DNA of 64,000 bases, from the NCBI GenBank assembly GCA_027371535.1, contig DAHXMV010000003.1, forward strand, positions 8,047 to 72,046. The letters are read 5' to 3'. Below the pieces are notes generated by a model. The model had not been told where the DNA came from, ran no database searches, and worked only from the letters and a program-made list of their open reading frames with translations. Below, in pieces: positions 18,453 through 27,567 of the stretch (position 1 is its first letter; every line of letters starts with the position of its first letter). Origin of the DNA: Candidatus Amesbacteria bacterium. GTDB taxonomy: Bacteria; Patescibacteriota; Microgenomatia; CAZETR01; Amesbacteraceae. The position numbers were made by a program, and so were the translations under genes.

Positions 18453-18983
18453 ATGTTTTGTATCAAATCCGGCAGATTAACTCTGCGAGACTTGGTTTTG
18501 GATGATTGGAAGTTATTTTATGATCTCATGCAAGAACCGGAGACCAGGCGTTATATGGGAGATTATCTAAAAGCCGAAACAGAAGACGAAGCCAAGAAAT
18601 GGGTAACACAAACTATGGCTTTCAATAACGAAACCCCACGACATTCTTATAACCTGGCCATTGAGTTTAACGATGAGGCAATCGGATGGATTGGTATCGG
18701 AGAGGCACAAAGCGAGGAGAAGAAAGATCTGGATTTCGGTTATGCGCTGAAAAAGACTTTTTGGGGAAATGGATTTATGACTGAAGCCCTGCAATCGGTA
18801 ATAAAATATTGCTTTGATTCATTACCTATACAAAGAATTACCGGAGAATGCGAATCCAGCAACATCGCATCACAAAAGGTCATGCAAAAATCCGGTATGA
18901 ACCGGATAAAGACTTATGTTTTTAAGGACGAAGAATCCGGCCAGGAAAAAGAAAAAATCATTTTTCACATAGATAAACCGTAG
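18453..18983 (+). CDS. GNAT-family N-acetyltransferase (RimJ/RimL-like)
   Basis: ...WGNGFMTEALQSVIKYCFDSLPIQRITGECESSNIASQKVMQKSGM... is the typical GNAT acetyl-CoA binding core. Confidence 0.7.
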   Translation: MFCIKSGRLTLRDLVLDDWKLFYDLMQEPETRRYMGDYLKAETEDEAKKWVTQTMAFNNETPRHSYNLAIEFNDEAIGWIGIGEAQSEEKKDLDFGYALKKTFWGNGFMTEALQSVIKYCFDSLPIQRITGECESSNIASQKVMQKSGMNRIKTYVFKDEESGQEKEKIIFHIDKP

Positions 18984-19175
18984 GAAAATATTCCCCCCGT
19001 AAACGACTCCGGATTATAAAATGCTAAAATCAGTTAATGATAAAGGCGATAATTTTTTATTAGATATTGTAATTGAATCTTTCAAAGACCTCGATTTCTC
19101 TTTATTAAATTAATCAACTCAGTTCTTTCAATTTATATACGGATTTATTGGTTGTGGACGGGGTTAGGACTTTTT

Positions 19176-19625
19176 TCAGCTATTTTCAGAGTTTAAAACA
19201 TACAATGAAAATTTCTTTGTCAGTTCTCGTGAAGTTTCAATATCGGTAAAGAAACTTACACCGATATATTCCAATTCCGCTTCTGTTTTCGTATCAAATT
19301 CTTCCTGCTGGGTCACGGCATTACCAGGAACCATTGTCTCCGTAAAATCCGTATACTTAATTCTTTTTTCAATTAAAGCTTTTCTCAAGGTTCTTAGCTG
19401 ATTGCTGTTTTCAGACCTGAGAATAATAAATCCATTCTCCGAGGTCATGGGGTGAATACTCTTATCCTTATCAATAAAATCCCTAAACCTCATCAATGAA
19501 GTGTCCTGCTTATATTGCTCCATTAAACCGGCAGTCATATGTCCGATGGCGTTCATAATAATTGCCGGGTTTTTCTTTTTATTAACCACACAGGTAAATT
19601 GATGAACCCTGGGTTTAAATTCCAT
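19176..19625 (-). CDS. hypothetical protein (possibly DUF2000-like)
   Basis: 149 aa. Faint resemblance to DUF2000 starts (CVVNKKKNPAIIMNAIGH). Located in an AT-rich region. Confidence 0.3.
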   Translation of the reverse strand: MEFKPRVHQFTCVVNKKKNPAIIMNAIGHMTAGLMEQYKQDTSLMRFRDFIDKDKSIHPMTSENGFIILRSENSNQLRTLRKALIEKRIKYTDFTETMVPGNAVTQQEEFDTKTEAELEYIGVSFFTDIETSRELTKKFSLYVLNSENS

Positions 19626-20340
19626 TTTTTATGTAGTCCAGAAAGGCAAATAATTTAGTGTTCATACCCTTAAAATCATGCGTTCTGAGTTGTTCTGCGT
19701 TTTCTATATATGGTAAACCTTTATATTTGTCGAGCTCGTCGGCGCAGTTTATAATCATTCCGTCAATCGATTCTTTCGTAAATTCAAAATGGCATTGAAA
19801 TCCGTAAATCTTAGGAGAATATTTCACCACCTGCCTGGGGCAACCTTTGCTGGTTGCCAGGATTTCCGATTGGGAGGTTAGGCCAGGCATGTCTCCATGC
19901 CAGTGGCCAACCGGAAAAACTTTCGGGAACTGAGAAAAGACCGGGTCCGAATCAGACTTTTCAGTTAACCTTATGTCATAAACACCGATTTCCCGGTTAG
20001 GACTGTGAGCAAATGGGGCTCCAAGAGCTTCGCCGATTAATTGGGCTCCCAAACACACTCCCAATAAAGATTTATTTTTGTTGATAGCTTTTTTTATAAA
20101 TTCGATTTCTTTGCCAGCATCGAAATACGGACATTCTTCAGTTGTAGTCGCCGGGGATTGTGGTCCTCCCATGACAATCAAGAAATCAAACCCGTCTGTA
20201 TTTTCGGGATATTTTTCGCCAAGATACAGCTTGGTATAGTCTACCTGACAATTATTATTTTCTGCCCATTCTACTATTGCTCCCGGTGCTTCGAAACTTT
20301 CATGCATTACCACATGAATTCTCATCCCAAAATTATACAT
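19615..20340 (-). CDS. class I glutamine amidotransferase-like protein (GATase1)
   Basis: Nucleophile elbow LLGVCLGAQLIGEALGA, downstream His (GHWHGDM / QCHFEF). Confidence 0.7.
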   Translation of the reverse strand: MYNFGMRIHVVMHESFEAPGAIVEWAENNNCQVDYTKLYLGEKYPENTDGFDFLIVMGGPQSPATTTEECPYFDAGKEIEFIKKAINKNKSLLGVCLGAQLIGEALGAPFAHSPNREIGVYDIRLTEKSDSDPVFSQFPKVFPVGHWHGDMPGLTSQSEILATSKGCPRQVVKYSPKIYGFQCHFEFTKESIDGMIINCADELDKYKGLPYIENAEQLRTHDFKGMNTKLFAFLDYIKNGI

Positions 20341-20401
20341 TGCACATGGCTAAATGTCCGTAGTATTGTCTTATGACGAAGTCAGAAACAATTCTTTGTG
20401 T

Positions 20402-20860
20402 TTAGAGTTTAATAAGGTCTTTATCGTCTAAAACAGAATTCAGTTTTAATAATATATCAATTACCTCCGTAATATTGGGAATTTTCGGTTCAAAATCCGG
20501 TAATTCATCCAATTTTACCCATTTATATTCAGAATACTCATCACTCAGGTTTATATTTCCGCCTTTATAAACAGCCAAGTAATGGGGAAGAAGCATGTAG
20601 CTGCCGTCGTTTTTCCTGTATAAAGTCGTGTGGTTGTACGCGGGATAAAGAAATATATTACAATCCTTCCCCACTTCTTCTTCTTTTTCCCGTTTCATTC
20701 CGTCAATAATCGTGCTGTCGGTTATTTCCATTTTCCCGCCGATAAAAGAATAAACACCATCGTAATCTCTTTCTCCCTTCCGTTTACAAAGCAAAACCCG
20801 GGTTTTGTCTTCACTGAGAACGACTATTTTTTGACAATTTTGAAAAGAATATTTATCCAT
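20402..20860 (-). CDS. NUDIX hydrolase
   Basis: Nudix box GGKMEITDSTIIDGMKREKEEEVG (GX5EX7REUXEEXGU). Confidence 0.8.
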   Translation of the reverse strand: MDKYSFQNCQKIVVLSEDKTRVLLCKRKGERDYDGVYSFIGGKMEITDSTIIDGMKREKEEEVGKDCNIFLYPAYNHTTLYRKNDGSYMLLPHYLAVYKGGNINLSDEYSEYKWVKLDELPDFEPKIPNITEVIDILLKLNSVLDDKDLIKL

Positions 20861-20864
20861 ATGC

Positions 20865-21491
20865 TTATTTTACCGGATCAGAACCAAAAAGATATTTATC
20901 TGCCCAGATTTGAAAATCTTCAAAAGTGCTGTAGGCATAGGTATGACCACCTTTGAGCTCAAATGCCACCCGGGCACGGGGAGAGTCATCAATCAGTAAC
21001 GCTAAGTTATAATCAATATTTCCCAGAGATTGCATGGCTATATCAAACAACCCTTCGGCTTTGAGTTTTTTGTATGTGAAAGAATTAAAAACTCCGTTAA
21101 ATAACTCATCCAGTTTCAATTTTGGGAGGGTGATAGTGTTAAAAACATCCATATTGTTGGTGATCATGCCAACTTTTATGCCTCGTTTTTTCAGATTCCG
21201 AATAATTGGTATGTGCCGGGTTTCGATTTGCATTCGGGCTACATCTTCAAGAAATGTTTGTGTCAAAACGTCAAAATCCATACCAGTGCCTGCACTGATA
21301 TGCCTGTTGATATCGTCCATAGTCAAGTCACCCCTCATCCATTTTTCAACCCTGCCCTCCCCTTCCGGTCCCCAAACCTTGGTCTGAATAAAATCCCAAA
21401 TATGGGGATGAATGGTCATAAAAGATTTATAAAACACATCTTTGGACCAAACCCCATCAAAATCCCAAAAAATAGTTTTAAATCTTTCCAT
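20865..21491 (-). CDS. HAD-superfamily hydrolase
   Basis: Motif I FWDFDGV (DxDG), motif III GMITNN region, motif IV LLIDDS. Confidence 0.7.
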   Translation of the reverse strand: MERFKTIFWDFDGVWSKDVFYKSFMTIHPHIWDFIQTKVWGPEGEGRVEKWMRGDLTMDDINRHISAGTGMDFDVLTQTFLEDVARMQIETRHIPIIRNLKKRGIKVGMITNNMDVFNTITLPKLKLDELFNGVFNSFTYKKLKAEGLFDIAMQSLGNIDYNLALLIDDSPRARVAFELKGGHTYAYSTFEDFQIWADKYLFGSDPVK

Positions 21492-22311
21492 AAATGAATT
21501 GTGTATATATTGAAACCAAATCTTTTACAAAAGCTAAATCTTTCGGATCAGCTCCAGTAAATTCTACGATACTGGCTCCAACTACATTTTTACTTTCAAA
21601 CAGTTTTTTCAGCAACAGGACCAGCGCCTGTTTATTTAATCCTTTTTCTGCCGGCACACTTACACTCGTAAATTCTTTCGGATCGATGACGTCCAAATCC
21701 AGATGGATATAAATGTTTTGTGAAGTTATTTGTAAAATCTTTTTTACTGCAACATTAACGTCATAATTAAATTCCCGGGTAGTAAATATCGGAATATTAT
21801 TTTCCTGAATAAACTGTTTTTCCGGAGGATCGGCATCTCTTAACCCTAAAAATACCACATCATTTGTAGTTATAAACGTCGATACCTGATTTAAGATCTC
21901 ACTGTCTCCCTGACCTAATAAGACCCGCAACGGCATTCCATGAAATGTTTTACTCGGGGAAGATACCGGAGTATTCAGATCCGCATGGGCATCCAGCCAC
22001 AAAACAGTCAGCTCTTTATTAAAATTTTTATAAAGGTAACTTATAGGAGCTATTTCGACACTACAGTCACCTCCGACTGTAAAAATCTTTTGGGGTTCAT
22101 TTTTTCGGATAATATTATTAACAGAAATCAGATTATTTAACAAAGCCGTGCGGTTCTGTATGTCTGATACCCGGTCAGAAGCATTTAAAGTTAATCCGTC
22201 AGGTGCAACAAAATTATATTTAGCTAATATACTATGTTTTATTAACTCTGCACCCTTATATATATCATTCTTCGGCCCGGAACCCTGCCATTGCGGGATA
22301 TATAAATACAT
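21478..22311 (-). CDS. arginase/agmatinase/formiminoglutamase-family ureohydrolase (atypical GGDCS)
   Basis: GGDCS in place of GGDHS, LDAHADL (DAHxD), HLDLDVIDP (DxDxxDP), SVPAEKGL. The His to Cys change is at a first-metal ligand position. Confidence 0.65.
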   Translation of the reverse strand: MYLYIPQWQGSGPKNDIYKGAELIKHSILAKYNFVAPDGLTLNASDRVSDIQNRTALLNNLISVNNIIRKNEPQKIFTVGGDCSVEIAPISYLYKNFNKELTVLWLDAHADLNTPVSSPSKTFHGMPLRVLLGQGDSEILNQVSTFITTNDVVFLGLRDADPPEKQFIQENNIPIFTTREFNYDVNVAVKKILQITSQNIYIHLDLDVIDPKEFTSVSVPAEKGLNKQALVLLLKKLFESKNVVGASIVEFTGADPKDLAFVKDLVSIYTQFIYGKI

Positions 22312-22400
22312 TTACAAAAAACGATAACATTATGACTTTTTGATTACAAATTTTCTCACTAGGATAAAACATAATCTGGGGGTTTGGAACTCAGTATTAT

Positions 22401-22901
22401 TTATATTCCCCTATTGCGGGAGATGAATCTATTTAAAAACTGAGCTGATTCAGCAACTTTTTGCTTTTGAACTTTTTCTGAAACCAAACCTTTTCGAAAA
22501 TAAAAGCCGCTTTTCAATTCTCCATCATATTCATAGCTTAATGTAGTTGCCAGTGGTGTCCCCCGTTTAATTCCTTTGGGGATAAGGTTATCCATTAAGA
22601 GATGGTCTGTAGTCAAGTGCTCCAGATAATGAGCTATAGTGAACTGGGAGCTGTCATTTTCTTCAGGTTCACCGCTACAGTTACCTTTTGCCCTAATGGA
22701 GGCCTGAAGCATTTTAAGTTCTTCCGAGGTCAATGATATTTTTTCATATATATTAAAAATGAGAGAGCTTGGAGGACAATGAGAGATAATATCTTCAGGT
22801 AAGGAGCCGAGTTTCCCCACTTCGATTTCAACAAAAACTGTCGTTGATAATGGTTCCTTAGATTCTGGTCCGACGGATAATTCATTCATATTTAATACCA
22901 C
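22401..22901 (-). CDS. hypothetical protein
   Basis: 166 aa. No motif recognised. Confidence 0.35.
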   Translation of the reverse strand: MVLNMNELSVGPESKEPLSTTVFVEIEVGKLGSLPEDIISHCPPSSLIFNIYEKISLTSEELKMLQASIRAKGNCSGEPEENDSSQFTIAHYLEHLTTDHLLMDNLIPKGIKRGTPLATTLSYEYDGELKSGFYFRKGLVSEKVQKQKVAESAQFLNRFISRNRGI

Positions 22902-22961
22902 ACCAAATATTTAAAATTTGTTAGATTTGATTAGTATTATATGCTTCATATCCTAAGAAAT

Positions 22962-23639
22962 TTACCAAATAAACGGAACCAAGCGGTATTTAACTTTCTT
23001 TTGGTATTCCTTGTAACCGGACAAATTCTTTGCTAAAAACCTCTCTTCTTCCAGCAGTCTGATAACAATAATGAACATTAAAGGAAGAACGGTAAACAGT
23101 CCCCACCAGAACCCGAGGGCCAGGGGGACTCCGATTAAAAATATAAACGCCCCGGCATACATCGGATGCCGGACCAGATGATACGGACCGGCGGTGACTA
23201 ATTTTTGATTTTTTTCTATTTCTATTGTCGCCGATGTATAAGAGTTAATTTTAAAAACCCTGTAGACAAGATAAAGTCCGAGTATAACCAGTACATCCCC
23301 AATAAATGCGGCGGTATCCGGGGTTTTAGACCAGCGGAAACGGTGATCCAGGGCGGGGAAAATAATGATTAAGATAAATGCCAGGGAAGAGAAGGATTGG
23401 ATCAACTTTTGCCGGGGTTGTTTTTCGGCTATCGGACCTGCCTGTGTTCTGCGCTCCAGAAGTTTGGGGTCGTATTTTAAAAGATACAGGGTTATCAATA
23501 ATGTGGACATCCCGAAAATTGTCAGAAATAACCAAGCCTGCCAGTAATCAAGTGTGCCCGCAGAGAAAAATAAAATGGCAGCCATGATTAACAGAAGAAA
23601 TAACAAACCCCCGAATGCCTTAAGTTTTAAGTGTTTCAT
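22962..23639 (-). CDS. isoprenylcysteine carboxyl methyltransferase (ICMT/PEMT)-family membrane methyltransferase
   Basis: ...TAGPYHLVRHPMYAGAFIFLIG...EEERFL... is the classic ICMT/phospholipid methyltransferase C-terminal motif. 5-6 TM. Confidence 0.7.
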   Translation of the reverse strand: MKHLKLKAFGGLLFLLLIMAAILFFSAGTLDYWQAWLFLTIFGMSTLLITLYLLKYDPKLLERRTQAGPIAEKQPRQKLIQSFSSLAFILIIIFPALDHRFRWSKTPDTAAFIGDVLVILGLYLVYRVFKINSYTSATIEIEKNQKLVTAGPYHLVRHPMYAGAFIFLIGVPLALGFWWGLFTVLPLMFIIVIRLLEEERFLAKNLSGYKEYQKKVKYRLVPFIW

Positions 23640-23817
23640 TGTGGCTTTCCATTGCCTGCCTGATTAATGACGAGGATATTTTTAATGCCTTAATTCTTGG
23701 TAAAAGCAGTGTATATTGAGAGGTCCCTTGTTTTAACTTTGGCTGCACCTTTTCACATTTGCTTATCGTCGAATCTATAGACCGGAGAGCTTCTTCCAAT
23801 TCTTCTTTGGTAAACAC
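23620..23817 (-). CDS. small hypothetical protein (65 aa)
   Basis: ORF only. Overlaps the start of the ICMT-like gene by 20 bp. Confidence 0.25.
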   Translation of the reverse strand: MFTKEELEEALRSIDSTISKCEKVQPKLKQGTSQYTLLLPRIKALKISSSLIRQAMESHNETLKT

Positions 23818-23843
23818 ACGGAAAGTATATCAAATATCAGACA

Positions 23844-24326
23844 CTATCCGGGGTTTTGAAGAAAGAGAACCAGACCGAGGAGAAAGAGGAGGGTGCTGGC
23901 AAGAAGGGCTGTCAGAACCGGGCCGATCCAGGGGACAGGCAAAAGAAAAAAGATATCAGGATCCAGCAAAGTTTTGGGCCAGCCAATGAGGATTTTGAGA
24001 AAAACGTAGTAGAAAATATCCCACAGGGAAAAAGCAATTAAAAAAGCCCCGATTTTGGATTTTATATTTTTCCCGGCGAGTAAACCCACAGTTACAAGCA
24101 TCACCATGGTGGCAAATTCCCGGAACATTTCAGTCACAGTAGTACGGGCAGAAAGTAGGACCGGAGCAGAAAACTGAACAAAAGAAATAAAGCCAAGGTT
24201 TAATAAGACTGTGACTCCGGATGGCGGATAAGCGGGGAGAGAGCTCCGGAGATAGACAACCACGGCGGCTTCGACATAGGCAAAAGCCACAGAAAATAAA
24301 CAAAGGGAAACTAAACGGGATTTCAT
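23844..24326 (-). CDS. hypothetical polytopic membrane protein
   Basis: 160 aa, 4-5 hydrophobic helices. Sits immediately downstream of the oxidoreductase gene. Confidence 0.4.
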   Translation of the reverse strand: MKSRLVSLCLFSVAFAYVEAAVVVYLRSSLPAYPPSGVTVLLNLGFISFVQFSAPVLLSARTTVTEMFREFATMVMLVTVGLLAGKNIKSKIGAFLIAFSLWDIFYYVFLKILIGWPKTLLDPDIFFLLPVPWIGPVLTALLASTLLFLLGLVLFLQNPG

Positions 24327-24334
24327 AACCTGTT

Positions 24335-25849
24335 TTAAACAAAACCGGGGAAAAAGTCCGTAATAATTTGTCTTTGGGGAATTCCCAGATCGGACAGGGT
24401 GCGGGTAAATCCGGTGACCAGGGTATGCGGGCCGGAAAGATAAAAAATCCGCCGGTTATAATCGGGTATAAGTTTATTTATCATTTCAGAACCGATCCGA
24501 CCGGTCTGGCCGGTCCAACCGGCCGGAATTTGGGCTGTATCCGTCAGAGTGTAGATGATTTTTATTCCCAGGGATTGGGCGGCATCAAAGACATCCCGGT
24601 AAACAATTTCATCAGCGGTCCGATTGGAATAAAGCAAAACAATATCACGCCGTTCCCCTTTATCTATTAAAAACTTCAGCATGCTTCTAAAAGGGGTGAT
24701 GCCGATACCACCGGCCACAAAAACTAATTTCTGGGATTTATCCCGGGGTAAAGTGAAATCACCGGAGAGCTGGGCCCCGACAACCGGGGTATGGGGGTCC
24801 ATTTTCAACATCGCTTCCTTGAAAGAACTGCCGGGATGGTTAAATTTGATACCCAAACGCAGATTATCCTCAGTGGGGGAAGAAGCCAAAGTGAAATAAC
24901 GCCGGTTACCACGGTCGTCAATCTGATTATGCGGTAAAGTCCATTCCATGTATTGTCCGGGCCGGTAATTAATAGGCCGGCTTAATTTAAAGACAAAGTC
25001 ATAAGTGTCGGGGGCAATCAGAATTTTATCCGTCAGGTGCAGGATGAGCTTCTGTTTCGGGCTGACGAGATAGGAGAAAATATTGCCCATGACTAAAGCA
25101 ATTTCGGGAGTGGTATAAAAACCTCCCACGTGAAACTGCGGGGCAAACAGGACTCCGACGATGACGGCATAAGCGATCTGCAGGGATTTGACCGGAGGGG
25201 TAGTCAGGGGTTCGGTCAGCATGACAAAAGCAAAGAAAAACAGGGAGGAATGCAGGACCGCATCGGCCAAAGCAGTCGGGAGACTGTGACCGGATAAGAA
25301 AGTAAAGGCAGACATGGTCAAAAGAGCCGATAAAAAGAAGTAAAACAGCATATCCTCCCGGCGGATTTTCCGGGCGACCAACAAGCCACCAACGACCACC
25401 ACCGGCATCAAAGGCAAATTACCCACCCACCAGCTGGCTGACTGATTGAAACCAATGGAAGTCAGGACAACGGCAATAGCTACCGGATTAAAAACATGCT
25501 TGCTGCCAATAGCCAGAATATATTTGGAAGACATGGCCAGAATGGCCACCCAGGCCAGCCAGACCAAATCCGAATATTGCTGAATGGGGGTGACAATAAG
25601 CGCCAATATCAAAGCCGTAATGTAGACCGATTCGGCATTGGTGGGAGCCCTAAAAACCCGGGAAAAAAGAGCATTAACAATTAATGACACAGCTACCAGA
25701 AACAGGGCGGAAAAAGCGATCGACCAGGGGTTATATGGCAGCAGGTTGAAATAACCCAGCACCCCGGCAGCCACCAGCATGACTATCAGGTAATACAGTA
25801 CCAGGCGGTACATGGTGGTGCGATTTAAGAATGAGTCTATGAAATCCAT
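24335..25849 (-). CDS. membrane-anchored FAD/NAD(P)-binding oxidoreductase (FNR-like C-terminal domain fused to N-terminal polytopic membrane domain; NOX/ferric-reductase-like)
   Basis: C-terminal RRYFTLASSP (RxYS FAD motif), GGIGITP (NAD(P) motif), YLSGP. N-terminal about 250 aa has 6 or more TM helices, including one helix with H-x13-H (SGHSLPTALADAVLHSS), the spacing of the ferric-reductase-domain heme ligands. Confidence 0.6.
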   Translation of the reverse strand: MDFIDSFLNRTTMYRLVLYYLIVMLVAAGVLGYFNLLPYNPWSIAFSALFLVAVSLIVNALFSRVFRAPTNAESVYITALILALIVTPIQQYSDLVWLAWVAILAMSSKYILAIGSKHVFNPVAIAVVLTSIGFNQSASWWVGNLPLMPVVVVGGLLVARKIRREDMLFYFFLSALLTMSAFTFLSGHSLPTALADAVLHSSLFFFAFVMLTEPLTTPPVKSLQIAYAVIVGVLFAPQFHVGGFYTTPEIALVMGNIFSYLVSPKQKLILHLTDKILIAPDTYDFVFKLSRPINYRPGQYMEWTLPHNQIDDRGNRRYFTLASSPTEDNLRLGIKFNHPGSSFKEAMLKMDPHTPVVGAQLSGDFTLPRDKSQKLVFVAGGIGITPFRSMLKFLIDKGERRDIVLLYSNRTADEIVYRDVFDAAQSLGIKIIYTLTDTAQIPAGWTGQTGRIGSEMINKLIPDYNRRIFYLSGPHTLVTGFTRTLSDLGIPQRQIITDFFPGFV

Positions 25850-25856
25850 AAATTAT

Positions 25857-26606
25857 TCAGCTTTTGGTAAGGTCATAGTCGGGAAAATTTGAAGTTTCGG
25901 TGCCGATGCCGTCTTTGTCTATCATATACCCGGCAAAACCCGGTAAACTCCCGATAAACCGGATACCGTCTTTGCCCATAGCAAAGGCCGCCGTGGCAAA
26001 GCGGTCAGCCTCATAGATATCCGGTCCGACAACCGTCAGGCTGACAATTTCCGTGATGGGCTGATCGGGTTTTTTGGGGTTATAAATATGCTGGCCGCGC
26101 AGGTAAGTTCCGGAAGTGGCCACTCCTTCTTCGTTAACCTGGAGAGCTTTGACGATCCGGCGGCGGTCAAAAGGATTTTCGATACCTATCCGCCATTTTT
26201 GTCCACGGGAATTTAATCCATGAACCTGGATATCTCCCCCGGCGTCAATATAAAAATTTTTAAAACCGCGGTCTGTTAAAATCCCGGCGGCATTTCTGAT
26301 GGCCCAGCCCTTCACCAAACCGGAAGGATCCAAATGGCCAAACCTGTCTATTTCAAAATAACCAAAGGTAGCTTTATTAGTCCGATCGCAGAGATTTAAA
26401 ACCGTCTGCATATCCGCACTGGCGTCGGAAATTTTCAGCCGACGGTTATTAATTTGGCTGATTTCGCTGGAGTCTTTATAGGGACTGAACTTATTGTCAA
26501 CGTAAGTAAAATAATCATAAACCAGGTTCAAATCGGGCAAGCCGGCCCCGGTATCGACAATTCTGACAGTGACGGGCATACCCATCAGCAAACGGGTGTC
26601 TTCCAT
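25857..26606 (-). CDS. apbE: FAD:protein FMN transferase (ApbE/Ftp family)
   Basis: ...LLMGMPVTVRIV... (the MGT-like start of mature ApbE), ...PSGLVKGWAIRNAAGIL... (the GIAKGYAVD equivalent), ...GVATSGTYLRGQHIYNPKKPDQPI... The longer ORF to 26891 adds 95 aa of non-homologous sequence that overlaps the upstream gene, so I chose the internal Met start. Confidence 0.75.
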   Translation of the reverse strand: MEDTRLLMGMPVTVRIVDTGAGLPDLNLVYDYFTYVDNKFSPYKDSSEISQINNRRLKISDASADMQTVLNLCDRTNKATFGYFEIDRFGHLDPSGLVKGWAIRNAAGILTDRGFKNFYIDAGGDIQVHGLNSRGQKWRIGIENPFDRRRIVKALQVNEEGVATSGTYLRGQHIYNPKKPDQPITEIVSLTVVGPDIYEADRFATAAFAMGKDGIRFIGSLPGFAGYMIDKDGIGTETSNFPDYDLTKS

Positions 26607-26611
26607 AAAGT

Positions 26612-27079
26612 TTATCTGGCCTGATTTAAGGCTGAATCCAAAGACTGAATAAAAGCCAGACTGGAGTCCGTGGCGCCGGAGATGATATCGACCTGGGCAC
26701 TCTGGGCCTGGATAGCTTCCGACCTTAAATAAGGCATAGCCTGCTGGTTTATCATAATCGAGCGGGAGCGGTCGTTGGGATACTGCAGAAACTGGACGTC
26801 GGTTAACCTGCCGCCGGAGACCACCGCCTGTACCTGAATATTGCCGTAAAAAGCATCGGCAACGGAGCCGGTATAAGTCCCGTTTTTCCAACCGGAAGAC
26901 GCCGGAGCGGCAGTCGGAGATGACAGCACCGGGGTACCGGTGGCGGCATCCGTCGTCGGAGTGGGGGGAGGGTTACCAGCCTGGGGGTCGGGAATCTGAG
27001 CCGGAGCGGTTTTTTTACCAAATAATGAAAACAGGATAAAGGAGACAATTACGGAAAGAGAAAGAGAGAGTTTTTTCAT
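26612..27079 (-). CDS. secreted FMN-binding domain protein (flavinylation substrate, SGAT motif)
   Basis: Signal peptide MKKLSLSLSVIVSFILFSLFG. Pro/Thr-rich linker. FMN_bind-like core GTYTGSVADAFYGNIQVQAVVSGGRLTDVQFL... Flavinylation motif DIISGATDSS. Confidence 0.7.
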   Translation of the reverse strand: MKKLSLSLSVIVSFILFSLFGKKTAPAQIPDPQAGNPPPTPTTDAATGTPVLSSPTAAPASSGWKNGTYTGSVADAFYGNIQVQAVVSGGRLTDVQFLQYPNDRSRSIMINQQAMPYLRSEAIQAQSAQVDIISGATDSSLAFIQSLDSALNQAR

Positions 27080-27192
27080 AGATGAAGGTGAAGATAACAG
27101 GGTAATCTGAGAAGCGGCTTGGAAATAACTTATGAATATTAAATGTGAGATTAGCTACATTCATTATATATGCCCGGAAATAAAATGAGATC

Positions 27193-27567
27193 ATGAATGA
27201 TAATAACCCCAAGGGGAATAAATTAACCCCGGAGGAAGAAAACGTCATTGTTTTTAAAGGGACAGAGCCTCCGGGGACGGGAGAGTATGAGGACTTTTGG
27301 GAGCCCGGGGTATATGTGTGCAAAAGATGCGGATCCCCGCTTTACAAATCGGAGAGTAAATTTGACGCCAGGTGCGGCTGGCCGAGTTTTGACCAGGAAC
27401 TCCCCAAAGCAGTCAGCAAGACCATTGACGCGGACGGGGAGAGAGTAGAGATCAGCTGTGCCAAATGCGGAGCCCATCTGGGGCACGTGTTTACCGGAGA
27501 AGAACTGACACCGACCAATGTGCGCCATTGTGTCAACTCGATTGCCATGAAGTTTGTACCAAAATAG
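27193..27567 (+). CDS. msrB: peptide-methionine (R)-S-oxide reductase MsrB
   Basis: CxxC...CxxC zinc site (CKRCGSPL...CAKCGAHLGHVF) and catalytic RHCVNSIAM motif. Confidence 0.85.
   Translation: MNDNNPKGNKLTPEEENVIVFKGTEPPGTGEYEDFWEPGVYVCKRCGSPLYKSESKFDARCGWPSFDQELPKAVSKTIDADGERVEISCAKCGAHLGHVFTGEELTPTNVRHCVNSIAMKFVPK

Noticed and set aside
26607-26891. 95-aa N-terminal extension of the ApbE ORF
   Set aside because: The extension is Arg/Cys-rich and non-homologous, and it overlaps the FMN-binding gene in another frame. ApbE homology begins at the internal Met (MEDTRLLMGMPVTV).
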